A stretch of 63,963 nt of DNA, counting the filler, from Bigelowiella natans CCMP2755 (Eukaryota > Protista > Cercozoa): the NCBI GenBank assembly GCA_000320545.1. It is 6 parts of 6 records of this genome, joined end to end, with 100 filler letters (N's around TTAATTAATTAA, not from the genome) between each part and the next. Parts side by side here need not be neighbours in the genome. Positions count along the whole stretch, not along the records: positions 9,001 to 29,442 come from ADNK01001561.1; 5 more parts are not named here. One strand, 5' to 3'. This document shows, piece by piece, positions 15,338-27,819 of this stretch. Under the pieces are notes generated by a model, which saw nothing but the letters and a program-made list of their open reading frames with translations, made no database searches and was not told the origin of the DNA. The translations under genes and the position numbers were made by a program. How positions within the stretch are numbered: the stretch's first letter is position 1; each line of letters opens with the position of its first letter.

Positions 15338-16438
15338 TCACATTGATATGCGATTGAATGTTTCATCCAATCCATTGTACTTGGAATCCACAGATGACGA
15401 GGAGATGGACCTCATTGACTTCATAGCTTTGTATGATACACGTAATCCAAATAGAATGGCAGAGAAAATTGTCCAGATACCAGCTGCGGTTATGCTAAGC
15501 GTTTCATAGGTACTTCTTGAAGTACATTGTGTGCAAGTATACGTCAGGTAGCTCACATCCTCATTGAAGTTATCAACGAATCCGTTGGTGGGTGTCTGTT
15601 GGCGTATTTGAGGACTTGGATATGTAAAGTTTGAATTACACATCAAAGTACGAGAAAGAGCCATATAGTAAAATGTCAACTGTGTTGCACAGTGGGAGGG
15701 ATCCGCAGATTTAAGTATCGATCCGTAGTATCTCCTCCCGTTAGGTAGCCCCTCACAATCATATGTTGGGATAGAGCACACATCATCCGGATAGAATTTC
15801 CCTTCCGTATCAATTAGCGTGTTAGTTGTCACCCACGTGTTTACAGTACATGCGGACAAAATGTATTTCGCCATATCACTACCAGGATCAATGATTCCTT
15901 CATACTGTAATGTGATTGATGCATCTCTGCTCGATACCATCAAGCTTGTTGTGATTTGTAAGGGGTAGTCCCAGGTACAGTTGGTTATCCAACACGTCGA
16001 TTGATCCGGATGATGAAACACAAAAATACCTTCAGTTTCAATTTGTGTCGAACCAACTTGAAGAGATGGCGTTTGAGTATAGTATGGTGATAGATAATAA
16101 TTGCACCAGTCATTCTTGTCAATACGAGACATCATGCCGGCATTTCCATTAATTATAAGTGCTACAGATGCATCTGGTTCATAGGTTGAAGAATTGTAAA
16201 TGTTTCCGAATTCTCTTGATATTGAGAAGTACGTTGTACTACACTCAGGTCCTGGATTTTTCGATCTTATGACCTTGCAGTTTTCATGGCCACTGTTCGC
16301 TGCAAATGTTATAGCGAAGACTGTGGACATTGTCGCCAGCAACAAGGCTTCAGAAAGCGGAGTGTCCCATGTGTACTTCTTGTCTTCCACTGGCAAGGTG
16401 TGTCCATTCCGAGTGACCCATTGGAATTTACCAGCCAT
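15338..16438 (-). CDS. Intronless 366-aa protein with two predicted TM helices flanking a large Cys/Tyr/Thr-rich loop
   Basis: Complex-composition ORF; hydrophobic segments ALLLATMSTVFAITFAA and LSITAAGIWTIFSAILFGL; about a dozen Cys and N-x-S/T sequons between them. Confidence 0.75.
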   Translation of the reverse strand: MAGKFQWVTRNGHTLPVEDKKYTWDTPLSEALLLATMSTVFAITFAANSGHENCKVIRSKNPGPECSTTYFSISREFGNIYNSSTYEPDASVALIINGNAGMMSRIDKNDWCNYYLSPYYTQTPSLQVGSTQIETEGIFVFHHPDQSTCWITNCTWDYPLQITTSLMVSSRDASITLQYEGIIDPGSDMAKYILSACTVNTWVTTNTLIDTEGKFYPDDVCSIPTYDCEGLPNGRRYYGSILKSADPSHCATQLTFYYMALSRTLMCNSNFTYPSPQIRQQTPTNGFVDNFNEDVSYLTYTCTQCTSRSTYETLSITAAGIWTIFSAILFGLRVSYKAMKSMRSISSSSVDSKYNGLDETFNRISM

Positions 16439-17063
16439 CGCACAGCCTAATGTTGGTGATGAAGGAGTGGATGACAGAGTGGCTCAGTTCATTTGCAACA
16501 ATTTGAGTCACACAAAAATGCATTTGTGCTGACAACTTTGTCTGGCGGGAGCACAAACTGTTGGACTGAGGAGCAAACCGCTGGTGAAAGAGTTCACAAT
16601 GAAATTCGATGAACATGTTCTGCCCCAATCCAGTGTTCAATGAGCAATGAGAATGTTTGGTCCTCGTGAACGCTCTGTCCACCGACCTTCACGGAATGTG
16701 ACGACGGTAAGGAACTCAATGAAAACTGACGCACCCATGCAATTCTCAAAAAAGAATGTCCTTCGACGGAAGAAAGACAAACGAAGGCGAAGTGTCGCGC
16801 TGTCAAAACGCAGGCAAAGCATCGGGAAAGTGTGTCCCTGAAAGTCAACCATGTGCTCGGCGCTCAGTGATTTTGGTCAGAGGTTAGCTCCGAAAATCAC
16901 ACCGGAGTTGGCTTTGTACGTTCGACATTCAGAGTGGGTTGTCGCTGCGCAGGGACGACCTAAGAAACACAGCTGCGGCGCAACCAGCATCAAATCAAAC
17001 CTCACGTGAAGGGGGCTCTACCCAGGAGCAAAACCCAGGGGATTTGCGAATGCAAATGAGCAA

Positions 17064-18493
17064 ATGGAAAGCAATTGTGCATCAAATGGCTCGTCCGTCG
17101 GTCGCCAGTTGCTAGTCGGAGATTCCTTCGGCAAGAGCAGCTCCGGATTTGCTGCTTCGTCGTTCTCGCACCGAGCTTCGTTTGTGACAGACGTCTGCTC
17201 GCCCATGTCCTCCAAGTTTGAGGCGAGAGCCGAACGAATGGCGCCCATCCTCGAAACAAATGGGACCTTTTCATCAAGTAATGATGACTCGAAGTCACGA
17301 AGCTCATCACCCACATCGCCCGCAACAACTTCGGACGACTGTGGTGTGACACTAAAGGTCAAAACGGCGATATTGGAGGCCTGGCGTATCCTGAGGGATG
17401 CTAATGATTTATCACCCAAGAATCCCTCTGTGAACAAGGTGCTGAGAGTTCTTGTGGGCACTATCGTTAAATGTGATTCTCAATTGCAAGAAGACGAAGA
17501 AAAAGATAACGGGGCAAACGTCATGAAAGACCCCGAAATTCGTCTCATTCTGTTCCCTCTATGGAAGTTACTTTCCACAGCAGAAGCTGAGATGGAAAAC
17601 TGGTCTGCTTTCAATTTCAAAACAACGAATTTATTTTCTTCGCTATACGTTATTGATCCTCTATGTCCGAGCTATGACACATGATATGTGAATATCAAAA
17701 TGATTAGTAGAGAAAGTGCGAAGTATTAAATGAGCATGAGTTTTCCTACTAGACCTCTTTGTTTTATTTAAATGGTGGGCAAATCTGCACGAAACAGGTG
17801 GGCAAACCGTATTATTGATGGCCAAGAAAAGTCTCTGGATGCCTTCTGGTATCGAGATAACTACCGAGAATTGACACAACTAGAGCTTAAACATCTGGCA
17901 GGAAAGGCAAACGATGCCCCCATAACGAAGAATAGTCGCTGTTGTTTTGTAGGCTCTGGACCCTTGCCAATAACAGCAATCGACATGCACCTGCAGGCAG
18001 GCGCGAAGATAAAATGCATCGATATCGACGAAGGCGCTGTGAATAGATCACGGAAGCTCATTCAGTGTCTAAACCTTGATGATGTAAGCTAAATCCTCCG
18101 TTCTATAACATCTTAATGTCACAGATCCATCGTTGTTGGAGAAATGCATACTCACATACTAGTATGTTGTAATTTTGACAGGCTATCACTGTATCAATGG
18201 TCGACGGTAAGCTGGGAAAATACGACGGAGTCACCCACGCTATCATCGCAGCTCTCGTCCCCAATCAAGTAGGTGTTGCCGCTAGGATCCTAAAATATTC
18301 CCCAAAAGCAGTTATTGGAGTACGCTCGGCCAACGGGCTGAGAACGGTGCTTTATCCCGCTGCAAACATCAAGGAGATGGTGAATCTTGGACTTCGATGC
18401 ACAGGTAGTAGTCCCATAAACGAGAGGGTTATAAATACGTTGGTAGCGTTTAGGCTTGAAGATGATAAATCTCAGACAGATAGTGAGATGTAA
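17064..18493 (+). CDS. Nicotianamine synthase (NAS/CntL)-like SAM-dependent aminocarboxypropyltransferase
   Basis: Exons 17064-17602, 17798-18083 and 18182-18493 splice in phase. Motifs DLSPKNPSVNKVLRVLV, LSTAEAEME, AFWYRDNYRELTQLE, FVGSGPLPITA, CIDIDEGA, IIAALVP and VRSANGLRTVLYP follow the NAS consensus order. The true start may lie upstream. Confidence 0.88.
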
Positions 18494-19034
18494 CAGCCAA
18501 ATCTCAGAGAGCAGCGAACATGCATGTTCATCAATAAGTGGAAAACGGTGTGCAACAAGAGTGGGCGCCTTACAATTCATCTAGAGTGTACTAGCGTAGG
18601 CTTTGATTTGCGAGACTACAACATGTTGTTTTTGCCAGCACATTTGAGAGCAAATTACAGCGACATGACAAACAAGTGTGTATCATTTTAAACGCTTGCG
18701 GCCGCATTGCCAAGTGTCACCCTTTCTAGCTTTTACAATTTGGTACACGCAATTAGTGTGATATACACGAGTGTGCAAACAGCAATTCAAAAGCTGCATT
18801 AAAATATTGTATAACATATCACAGGATGCGACTAAATGAATCCAAAGTTGATGCACGTTGGACAGGATGCTGTCTAGCTGTGCTATTAAAGTGATAGATG
18901 CCATAAAATGATGACTTGGTGCCATTATGACTCTATAAATAACAGTAGATAATCATAGTAGATAAAAATCTTGTTTTGTCGGACCATGCACATGTGCGAA
19001 TTCAGCAAATAATTGCAATACCGTGAGCATATAG

Positions 19035-19426
19035 CTAGATATCTTCCATCTTCAGATCTTCGTCATTGCATTGCTCTGATTTCTGCAGCTGCCGTAGCTT
19101 GGATGTTAATTGCTGGGGTGATAACGACGTAAATTGGATGGGCCCTATCACCGCGTTAGTCGAATCAACGCTGGAGTGGTTTAAAGAAGAGACCGATCTG
19201 GATACTGGCAAGCTATGCGGAAGCTGGGGTTTGAGAGATAACCTATTGGGGTCTCGAGGAGTTCTGTGCCCTCTCGTAACCGAAACCTGGTGGTGCTTTG
19301 AGGCGATATGTAGGGGATTGCGAATTGACGTGTTTACTTTTACGGCAGCAGTTGTATCCCTCGTCGAGATTCGCATCGACGATGGTGGCGTCGACTCAAA
19401 AGCCTGACATTAGGATAAGAGATGGT

Positions 19427-19469
<43 letters not shown>

Positions 19470-20666
19470 AAGAGGAATACGAGCTTGGTAAAGGTAGGCA
19501 TAATTAAGGTATCAATTCGTGAAATCATCATCAAAAACTACTATGCACGCTTTAAGTCCTGTTCTTCTGCGCTACCCGTCTAACGTTTCGGCGGTTTCCA
19601 ATCGTACGGGTGCTCACAATTCCACTCGCAGGAGAGCTTTGAGCGCCACCATTCTCGTAATTGAGGTCCGACATGGCAAGAACTCCGTTGGGTCCATAAG
19701 CGAAAACACGATCGTTGTGCGCGAAATAAATGTAGATTGCCCCCGCGGCAATAACTGCACACCCTCCGAGGACAGCAACGGCAACACCGGTCAAGAGAGT
19801 GTTCTCGTTGTTTGTTTTTTTTCCCTTTACGCTCGCGCTTCTGTCTAAAATCGTTGCTACGGACTCTGGATCACCGAAACTGAGGTGTACCAAGTTTCAT
19901 CAGCAGTTGTCGGAGTGTTTGTTTCTATGAGATCGGCGATCGAAACAAAAGAAAGTGTGGATGACGCAATCCCATACCACAGTACTAGCCAACATTAGCG
20001 ATGAATATTCTATCGGCGCATCTGCAGTATCTTACATTGTAACATTGAAGCCATTCGTTGGAGAAAACACTGCCTGAGGCTGATTCGTAATGGTGCTTTG
20101 TAGGGCGAAGGCAGCTGCTTCGGTGGGTGTCGAGATCTCGCTCTCTACGACTGTACTTCCAGCAGTGATTCGGGAAACGACAACCTTTGAAACAAGCACT
20201 CCCGTCGAAATTGCCAACGCTATTTTATACCTGATGAGTTAGATTTTTGCAGTTTTTAATCCGTACATCCACATTTTATCACTATTCTTGCACGATGCTG
20301 CCACTATTGCTACTCCTCGTAGTAGTACTCGTTTTTGAATTGAAGCTTCTTATCGTCAGAGAAGAGGCTATATCGAACAGTCGCGAAGGTGCTCAGGACT
20401 GCAACTTTAACTTCATCCTTGGCATCGACTATGGTCACCGTTGGCCAAAGTGTTGGCTGCGGAGCTTCGTTCATTGATGGTGGCCGACTCCCAGGTGATC
20501 TAGTAGCTGTGGCAGCTACTGCTGGAATAGAGGTCGGGCAGATGGTAGGAACGGGTGGTAACGAAAGCGCCCCGTGTGTTAGGCCAAAACATTGGAACAG
20601 TGTAAAATAGATGAATGTCCCCGTTAGCGCCATCCCCCGAGCGGAAGAATCGGGAGGGAACAACAT
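19035..20666 (-). CDS. Type-I membrane protein: signal peptide, P/T-rich stalk, SEA-like segment, TM helix, S/R-rich tail
   Basis: MALTGTFIYFTLFQCFGLTHG signal; LAISTGVLVSKVVVSRITAGSTVVES segment; TM LLTGVAVAVLGGCAVIAAGAIYIYFA; last exon ends DLKMEDI* at 19035. Confidence 0.7.
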
Positions 20667-21236
20667 GCCGGTCCTCGGGGGAGAACGGAGGAGAAATGTT
20701 CATCGGCACGCAGATTCGATGTGCGACCCAAAAAAAATAAGTTTTTCTTCAGAAACGCCCTGTGGGACATTTTGAAGTGCAAACTGGCACTTTTTGTCTC
20801 CTGGAAAAAAAACTGCTAAAAACACGCACATGATTTCTGTTTACGACAAAATAAGGGGAAAATCGACAAGCAGACTACCGTCAAGCAATGACGTCGCGCA
20901 CTGAAAACTTTCATGCAGCTCTGAAGCTGTCATGCGTTCGTGCCCGATGCATGATGCCTGCAAGACGATCATGGCACAGCAAGTTTATTACCACTAAAAT
21001 TGTGCTGCTTTGCAACAGTGAGCATTGCATTTTGTATTGTTTTTTCGCTGCAAAGTCGCACACTGAAAAATCTGGCAACGGAGAGAGTTGAACTCCCCAC
21101 CAACGAACTCTCACCCTTCCACTTTCCGGCTTTTTGGGCTGATGTAGGTTGGCGCTCCGGCGATGCCATCATTAGAATTTACCGTTATGGATAAACAAAT
21201 CTCACGTCCACTGAGATTCGATCATCGGACTTTCTG

Positions 21237-22992
21237 ATGCAGCACCCTTTCAACCGTTCTCCTGTGCGCAAGAGCCTGTTCCCAGAAGCATCCCGGACGT
21301 GCACCCACACTTTCCAGTTTCTGGGCCGTGAACTTTCGAAGAAGTTTCGGGCGGATAAACCACATGTGGAAAATGGTCTGCATTCTTTAATTTTTCAAAT
21401 TTATTTTGGTTTTGTTCGATGTTGTCGCAGGATGGAAATGGACGTCGTCCTTCTTTTTGTAAGAGAAGAAAGCAATCCCTCACGATCGTTCCATCCTTCT
21501 CCAGAGCCATGTGGAGGACGAGTAATGCCATCTCCACTTTCCCAGATCCTTCTAATGCATATTGTGCTCTTAGAACGAGGGCGTGGTAGGACTGCAGGAC
21601 GAAAATGGCGCAGCAGAGGTGCTGGAAGGGCAAGAAGCGGGGCTAGAGGAGGGTTCAGAGCCAGGAGGACACCATTGCAGCGGAGGTCGATCCGGTTTTT
21701 CTTCCTTTTGTTTGAAATGACAATATTTGTTCTTGGGCAGCTTGTTAAACAAGGAGGAGGAGATGTTTCGTAATAAATTGATCTCCCAGAGAAGGAAGCT
21801 TGCGGTGGTACAGAAACAGGTGTTCGTCTTTGCTCTGCTTCTAGTTCGATTTTGAGTGACAGGTTAATGTGGTATGAACAGTACGAAATGCTCCTAAAGG
21901 AGAAACAGAAACGATCGCGTAAAAGAAAGTTGGAAGTCGATAGCAAGTGTGTCCAAGCTAAATCAGAGGGGTCGTCTAATGTAGATGGAGCTCAACCTTC
22001 TTCGTCCACGGAAGTCCCACTGATCTCGGAGAAACCCTACTCTGTTGTCCGAAGAGTCGAGCCCAAACCAATTCTAAACCCCATTGCTACAGGCACTTCC
22101 ATTAGACCATCACAATCACGGAGGCCGAAACAGAAGGACCCTGTCAGGGATGCGGCTAAGACCAAGAAACCTGAGCTCTGCGTGTTCTTCACGTCTACTG
22201 GTATATCATCTATGTTCTCATCATTGATTACGCTGGCATGGATGATTGACTGCCCCTCCTTCCTATCGTTCTCCCACGCGAACTTAACTAACCTTAAATC
22301 CATCCAGGCCAGTGCAAACGTGGTGCGTTCTGTAGATACATACACGACCGAAGGAAAGTGAGAGTTTGTATTTATTTCGCGAAGAACGCGTGCAAATTTG
22401 GGAAAAAGTGCCCGTTGAGGCATGAAACTGACAAAAATCAAATGCCAACCTGTCGGAACTTTCTCAGAGGTTGCTGCAGCGCTGTGACTGGTCAGTGTCC
22501 TTTCGCGCATACTAGAGTAAGCAGAGATGCGAAGATTTGCCAGGCGTATCAGAAAGGTTTGTTTTATACTAACCGATGTTTGATGGTAGCGATGGATGAA
22601 GTGTGGAGAACATAGAGGGTATGTATGGTGTAGCTAATATATAAACAAATAAACAATATAAATAGATGCTGCATGTTTTCACTAGTGCAAAGAGCGGAGT
22701 ACTCAGCCGCTGGGGTGCATGGTATCTATCAGGATATTGCCCGAAGGGGCTGCTTTGTACGGAAAAGCACGTCTGGACTGACAAGAATGCCAAGCCTAGC
22801 AACGACGTTGAAGCTTCTGATGACGAATCTGTTGATAATCAGACTACAAAAGACTCGTCGCTCCCAGGAACCTTACTTGTTAAGAGACTGTCGTCGCGTA
22901 CATCGCCAGTAGCAGTAACGGAACATACGCGACCTCGCTTCGCCCTGATGAAGTCGAAACGGCCAATCAACACGGCGAAGAACGTGGAGTAG
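21237..22992 (+). CDS. Five-CCCH zinc-finger RNA-binding protein (ZC3H3/CPSF30-like) with an N-terminal RG-rich region
   Basis: Spliced ELCVFFTSTGQCKRGAFCRYIH, VCIYFAKNACKFGKKCPLRH, MPTCRNFLRGCC...CPFAH, ICQAYQKGYCPKGLLCTEKH; at least four fingers are clear; start uncertain. Confidence 0.85.
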
Positions 22993-23999
22993 GACCGCTC
23001 CACAACAACGGAAGAGTGGGGTAAAGCAAATTCCTAGAGATGGCACGCAGAAACCACCACTGCCGCTGCATTTGCAGTATTTTGTGGTTAAATCTCAGTG
23101 TCACTACTGCTGAGGAATTCGTAATGTAAGGTAAGCTCAAGGTATCCTACTATATTCTAAGGATATAAATGCATCATGCATGAGTTCCTTATTTTATTTG
23201 ATTTTGGTACACTAGGCCAGAGGCAGTGAGTACGAAAATGGTTGGATGAGGGCATCTTGGGAGACGGAATGATTTAATACGGAAGTCTGAATGTTCGTAC
23301 AATGATGGCACTGGACTAGATATCTTACAACGTAAAGCTGTTGGATCTAGAGAGCATTTTGTCAACTTGCTAGCATTGTGGATGTATTGTAAGTTCAATT
23401 GATAAATGAATTTAGAAATGTTACTAGAGACGATGTAGCCCATACTGTAACCATGGTGATGTTGCTGAACTAGTAGTACTAGAGTAGATTCACATGTCTA
23501 CAAATGTGTAGCAGACTTGTACATTGGTTGCAGAACGCGTCAGCGCATCGCACACATATGTCCGTCTTCCGTGCGCTCCTGGCGACAACAACAGAACAAC
23601 ATGCGCCCACCACAGCGTGTGTAGTTTGGCGATCTTTTCGATTCACAGCATCACTCATGCACGCAACGCATCGCGTGAGAACGCGTCATAATCGTGACGT
23701 CAATCTGATTGGCATGTAACGCTTCAGTCAGTCGCATGGCTGGACAACATGCTACGCACACGTGCATCATTCGAGCACATTTTTGGCACCCTGGCGACCG
23801 AGCATGTCATGGGTTCGATTTGGGAGGTTTTGACTAAACTAGTAAATTTAGGTACAATGGCCATTTCACCGTGAAACATGCTGTTTGGCCGAAAATAAAC
23901 CAATAATCGCCCAATGATTCCAAGAAATCTCCGAAATAATGTCGACAGTTCCTCAGCTCTTGCGAAACTGGAGCCAGATCTCGAACAGGAGGAGCGAGA

Positions 24000-26547
24000 A
24001 TGTACCCCCTCGTTGCCTTGATTCTTGCACTCAATGCCAGCCCTGCTTCGCCAGCATGGATTCTTGCTCCCAGCATAAAAGCCAATTTCACCACGGATGT
24101 CAACTCGCAAGCCTTTGGAAGAATCTGCTGGCTATCCGCAGCTGATTCTGCAGTGAATCTCATTTCGACTAGCGCTAAGCCTGCTCCAGTGTGGAAGGCC
24201 TCCTTTGTTATCAAAGGCTCCAAGGAAGGAGAGACCGTCACTGTTGATAGTACAGATGCTAATGCGAGAAGATATGTTGTTGGGACTCCGTCCCCACAGA
24301 GCATTGTTCTCCGGTGGTCAATACCCATAGCAACACAACAACAGCAGGGTGTGAATGCGACCATGTCGGTAGATCTCGTAGACGGACAGCTTCATATGCA
24401 CATGACCTTTGTGGCCGATTCCCCTTCAGTTGCACTTTGGCAGTGGAGCCTCTTCCCTGCGAACAATGTAGTTTCTGCAGGAGGGGCGAACTTCGAGAAT
24501 AGAGGCTTTGGGCTCGTCCACACCCCTCCCAAGTCATTCTCTGGAAGTTATCCGCAGCAAACGATGCAGTTCATGGCAATTCTATCATCTAATAAAAGTA
24601 ACAATGGGTACGGAGTGTACGTGGCTGCGCATGATGCCAAGGGCGAGAGCAAGAACTTCGGATGCAATGTAGACGGAACTATGGCCTCTTTCCAGATTTC
24701 CGCCATTCCCCCTGACGCTGGAGTTCGCAGCTTTGAATACACACATCCATGGCCTGTAGTGCTGGCTGTTTTTGAGGGCAGCTGGTGGGATGCCGCTGAA
24801 ATCTACAGAAATTGGGCGGTGAGCGAGGCAGATTGGACGCGCCAAGGCCCGATGCACGAGCGCTCGGATATCCCCCAATGGCTGTTCAACGTCACTACAT
24901 GGGTGAACTCCCACTGGCAGGGGAATGACATCTTTAACACCACTGGAGGCGATCCCGCTGTCGTCTTGAATCGAATGCGTGCTATCGAATCTCGCTTTGG
25001 TCTTCGCCGGGGCTCTCTAGCGCTTCACTGGTATGAGTGGGATACCCTGGGGTACAAGCTCGGCTCAAACTACAGCGTCTGCGAGACCGAGAAGACCTGC
25101 GGCTTTGACACGCACTATCCCGAGTACTTTCCGGTGCGCTCTGGCTTTGAGTCAGCCCTCCGCGAAATCCAATCCCTCGGAGTGAAAGTGGCTCCGTACA
25201 TCAACGGCCGGATATTTGACGTCGGGACGAAGAGCTGGGCCTCGACGGCTCAGGCTGCGGCAGCCAAGTCGGCGAAAGCCGCCTTCGGGGCGGAGTCACT
25301 GGATTACTACAACGAGCAGTATGGATCGGAAGCGGTCTTCGCTGTCATGTGCCCTCACTCTGAATACTGGCAAGCCACCGTCGCGGAGGTGACGGGGAAG
25401 CTAGCAGCGCTCGGCGTGGACGGCGTGTACATCGATCAGATCGCAGCGGCGGGACCTAGGCCGTGCTGGGATCCTTCGCACAACCACACTCTCGGCGGTG
25501 GAAGCCATTGGGTGTCCGGGTGAGCGAGCACACCCACACAATAACATAAAGTAGCATAAAAACCCAAAAGATCCATACTAAACCAAACACCCGCAATAAA
25601 TCAGGTACACTCGTATGCTTCAACGGGTCCGCGAGGCTGTGACCGAAGGCAGGATAGTCCTGACAGAGTCGAACGCGGAGCCATTTATGTCCGGCGTGAA
25701 CCTATTCCTCACACTGGTGGGCTTTGATTCAGGAGACCTGCCCCCCGTCCAAAACAGCAGTAGCCTCATTGTCCCCGCTTTCCAAGCGGTCTATGGCGGC
25801 TACGTGCTCCCCGTCGGCGCTGAGTTCTTCCAGCAAGACTTTCTGCCGAATCCGGACGTGTTCGCAGCCAAGGTCGCAGCGCAGTTTGTCTTCGGAGCGC
25901 AGATGGGCTGGTTCTCTCTCGGGGGCCGGGATAACCAGAGCCCGCCGATGGGGACTTTCGAGTTGATGATGGATGCTCAGTACGATGCCGAAATGTCGTA
26001 TCTGCGCAGTCTGAGCAACGCGAAGCTTGCCGCAGGATCCTGGTTCAACCATGGCCGGGTAATGCGGCCGTTGGAGCTGGAAATCAAGATGGGAGGGGAA
26101 GACGTGGGGAGGCATGAGGCGCATCTTCGCACGCATCCCCGCTCTTCCAAGCTGCCGGATAAGGCCGGGCTCGCTTTCGGCCCCGTTATGTCGTCAGCTT
26201 GGCTCTCTGCCAGAAACGATTCGTTGCTTATTGTGCTGACGAGTGTGAAGAGAGACGCCAGCAGAGTGGAGATCTCGGGGAAACTCGACATGGCGCGATA
26301 TGGGTTTGGTACAGCGGCTATGAGTAAGAGGTTTGCGGTCTCACCGCTCCCAGTTGAGACTGAGCAGAATGGCGGGCTTGATGATGCTAGAGCTGATGAT
26401 GATGAGAGAAGATTCACCAAACCCAGTCCTCAAGAATTGGTAGGTAAAGGATGCTCGGCTTCATTCCCTGGAGATGCAGTGGAGGTTGATGCCTCTCTCG
26501 ACGCAAGAGGCATTGTGATGCTGAGAATCCAGCTCTGTGAGGAATAG
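24000..26547 (+). CDS. Secreted putative glycoside hydrolase, DUF6259-like TIM barrel (~820 aa, one intron 25520-25604)
   Basis: Signal peptide; FDTHYPEYFP, VAPYINGRIFD, GVDGVYIDQIAAA..PCWDPSHNHTLGGGSHWVSGY, TESNAEPF, PAFQAVY, AAQFVFGAQMGW; an 85-bp GT-AG intron joins the two ORFs in frame. Confidence 0.8.
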
Positions 26548-27819
26548 CAGCATTGGTCGCAGAACTATTTTTTTGTTGCGAACTCGCCTTTGTGTATGGA
26601 TGCGAGCTCGTTTTGCTTTTCAACTCGCATGTTCTCTCGTGGATTCCACATGGCGACTGAAGCTCGTCAGACAGTCAAGTTTAGCGTCACAATCAGTAAC
26701 GCGTATTGTTCCATAAGATTTTGCATAATATGGTTTAGATTGAAGCATGTACGCTACATGGCTTCATTGCACTTGCTAGCTTGATGCTGATGCGACACGT
26801 GTCTCCGTTATTGCTTCTTTTATATTCATCAACTGACTATTGCGACGCGCAGTGAGCATGTAAGTGGTTTTCAGCAGCAACAGCTCCTATAAATCCTCTA
26901 TCTGGATTGGCGACAGCTAGACAGGGATATTCCCCCACTGACTACCACCACCGCATCTAGCAATATTTTTACTGCACCACGTACTGCCATATCATTGTCA
27001 TGTTGTCACATCACTCCATCGCAAATAAGGATCTTTCTTCGGAATGATATAAGTGTCCATTTTGCGATGGCTCTGTGCCGTAAGGCGCGTGATGCGTAGC
27101 AGATAATAATGTTTGTGCTTTCGAGCAACGACGGTCCTTCGTTTTGATGGTTTTCAAAACACCTATGCTAGCTGTGCTAGCTGTCCCAAACCCTAAACAA
27201 ATTAAAGGTTAAAACTTCTCATAAATCCCGGCTCACTTTTTTCTGCTGTGTGATTTTCTCTGACGATTTTAACTGCGCACCTCGATCGTGCGGCGGGGCA
27301 ACTGTACGAACTAGCGAAGGCAATTTTCAAAGTCGCCGCCGCGCGCGAATATTTGCGCCTTCCCATTGACTCAACAGCTCTCTCCCTCCCTTGCTAGCTT
27401 GGAGGGGAGATCACTGTGTGCACGATGTTCATTTTCAGCGCGACTACAGACACAGCTAGATTACAGCAATGTTCGCATATTATGCATGACACGCATTGCG
27501 TGTCTATTTCTAGCTATATAGTAAAACCACAATAGCACGTCATGCTGCACATGATCATGCGCACGAACACACACAGTGAAAGCTTTCTAGCTTTGTTGCG
27601 TTGGCGCTGCGGACAAAATAAAATCTCAGGCTGGCGTGACCTAGTAATAAGTGTAAATTTGTTTCGGCTCAGTTGCATGGTGGATCTCATCGGTAGTACG
27701 CTTACAGCTACACATGTACATCGCCATGTGTGCATGTATAGGTGTTTCCTCTTCCCTCTTCGCTCCCGATCTGCCCGCACCATTATCATCGTCACAATAA
27801 GTCCCGCTGTTGTGTCAAA

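Noticed and set aside
17006-17025. In-frame TGA upstream of the NAS ORF as selenocysteine, or a 20-nt GT-AG mini-intron
   Set aside because: Removing 20 nt shifts the frame into a stop; there is no redox motif context or identifiable SECIS.
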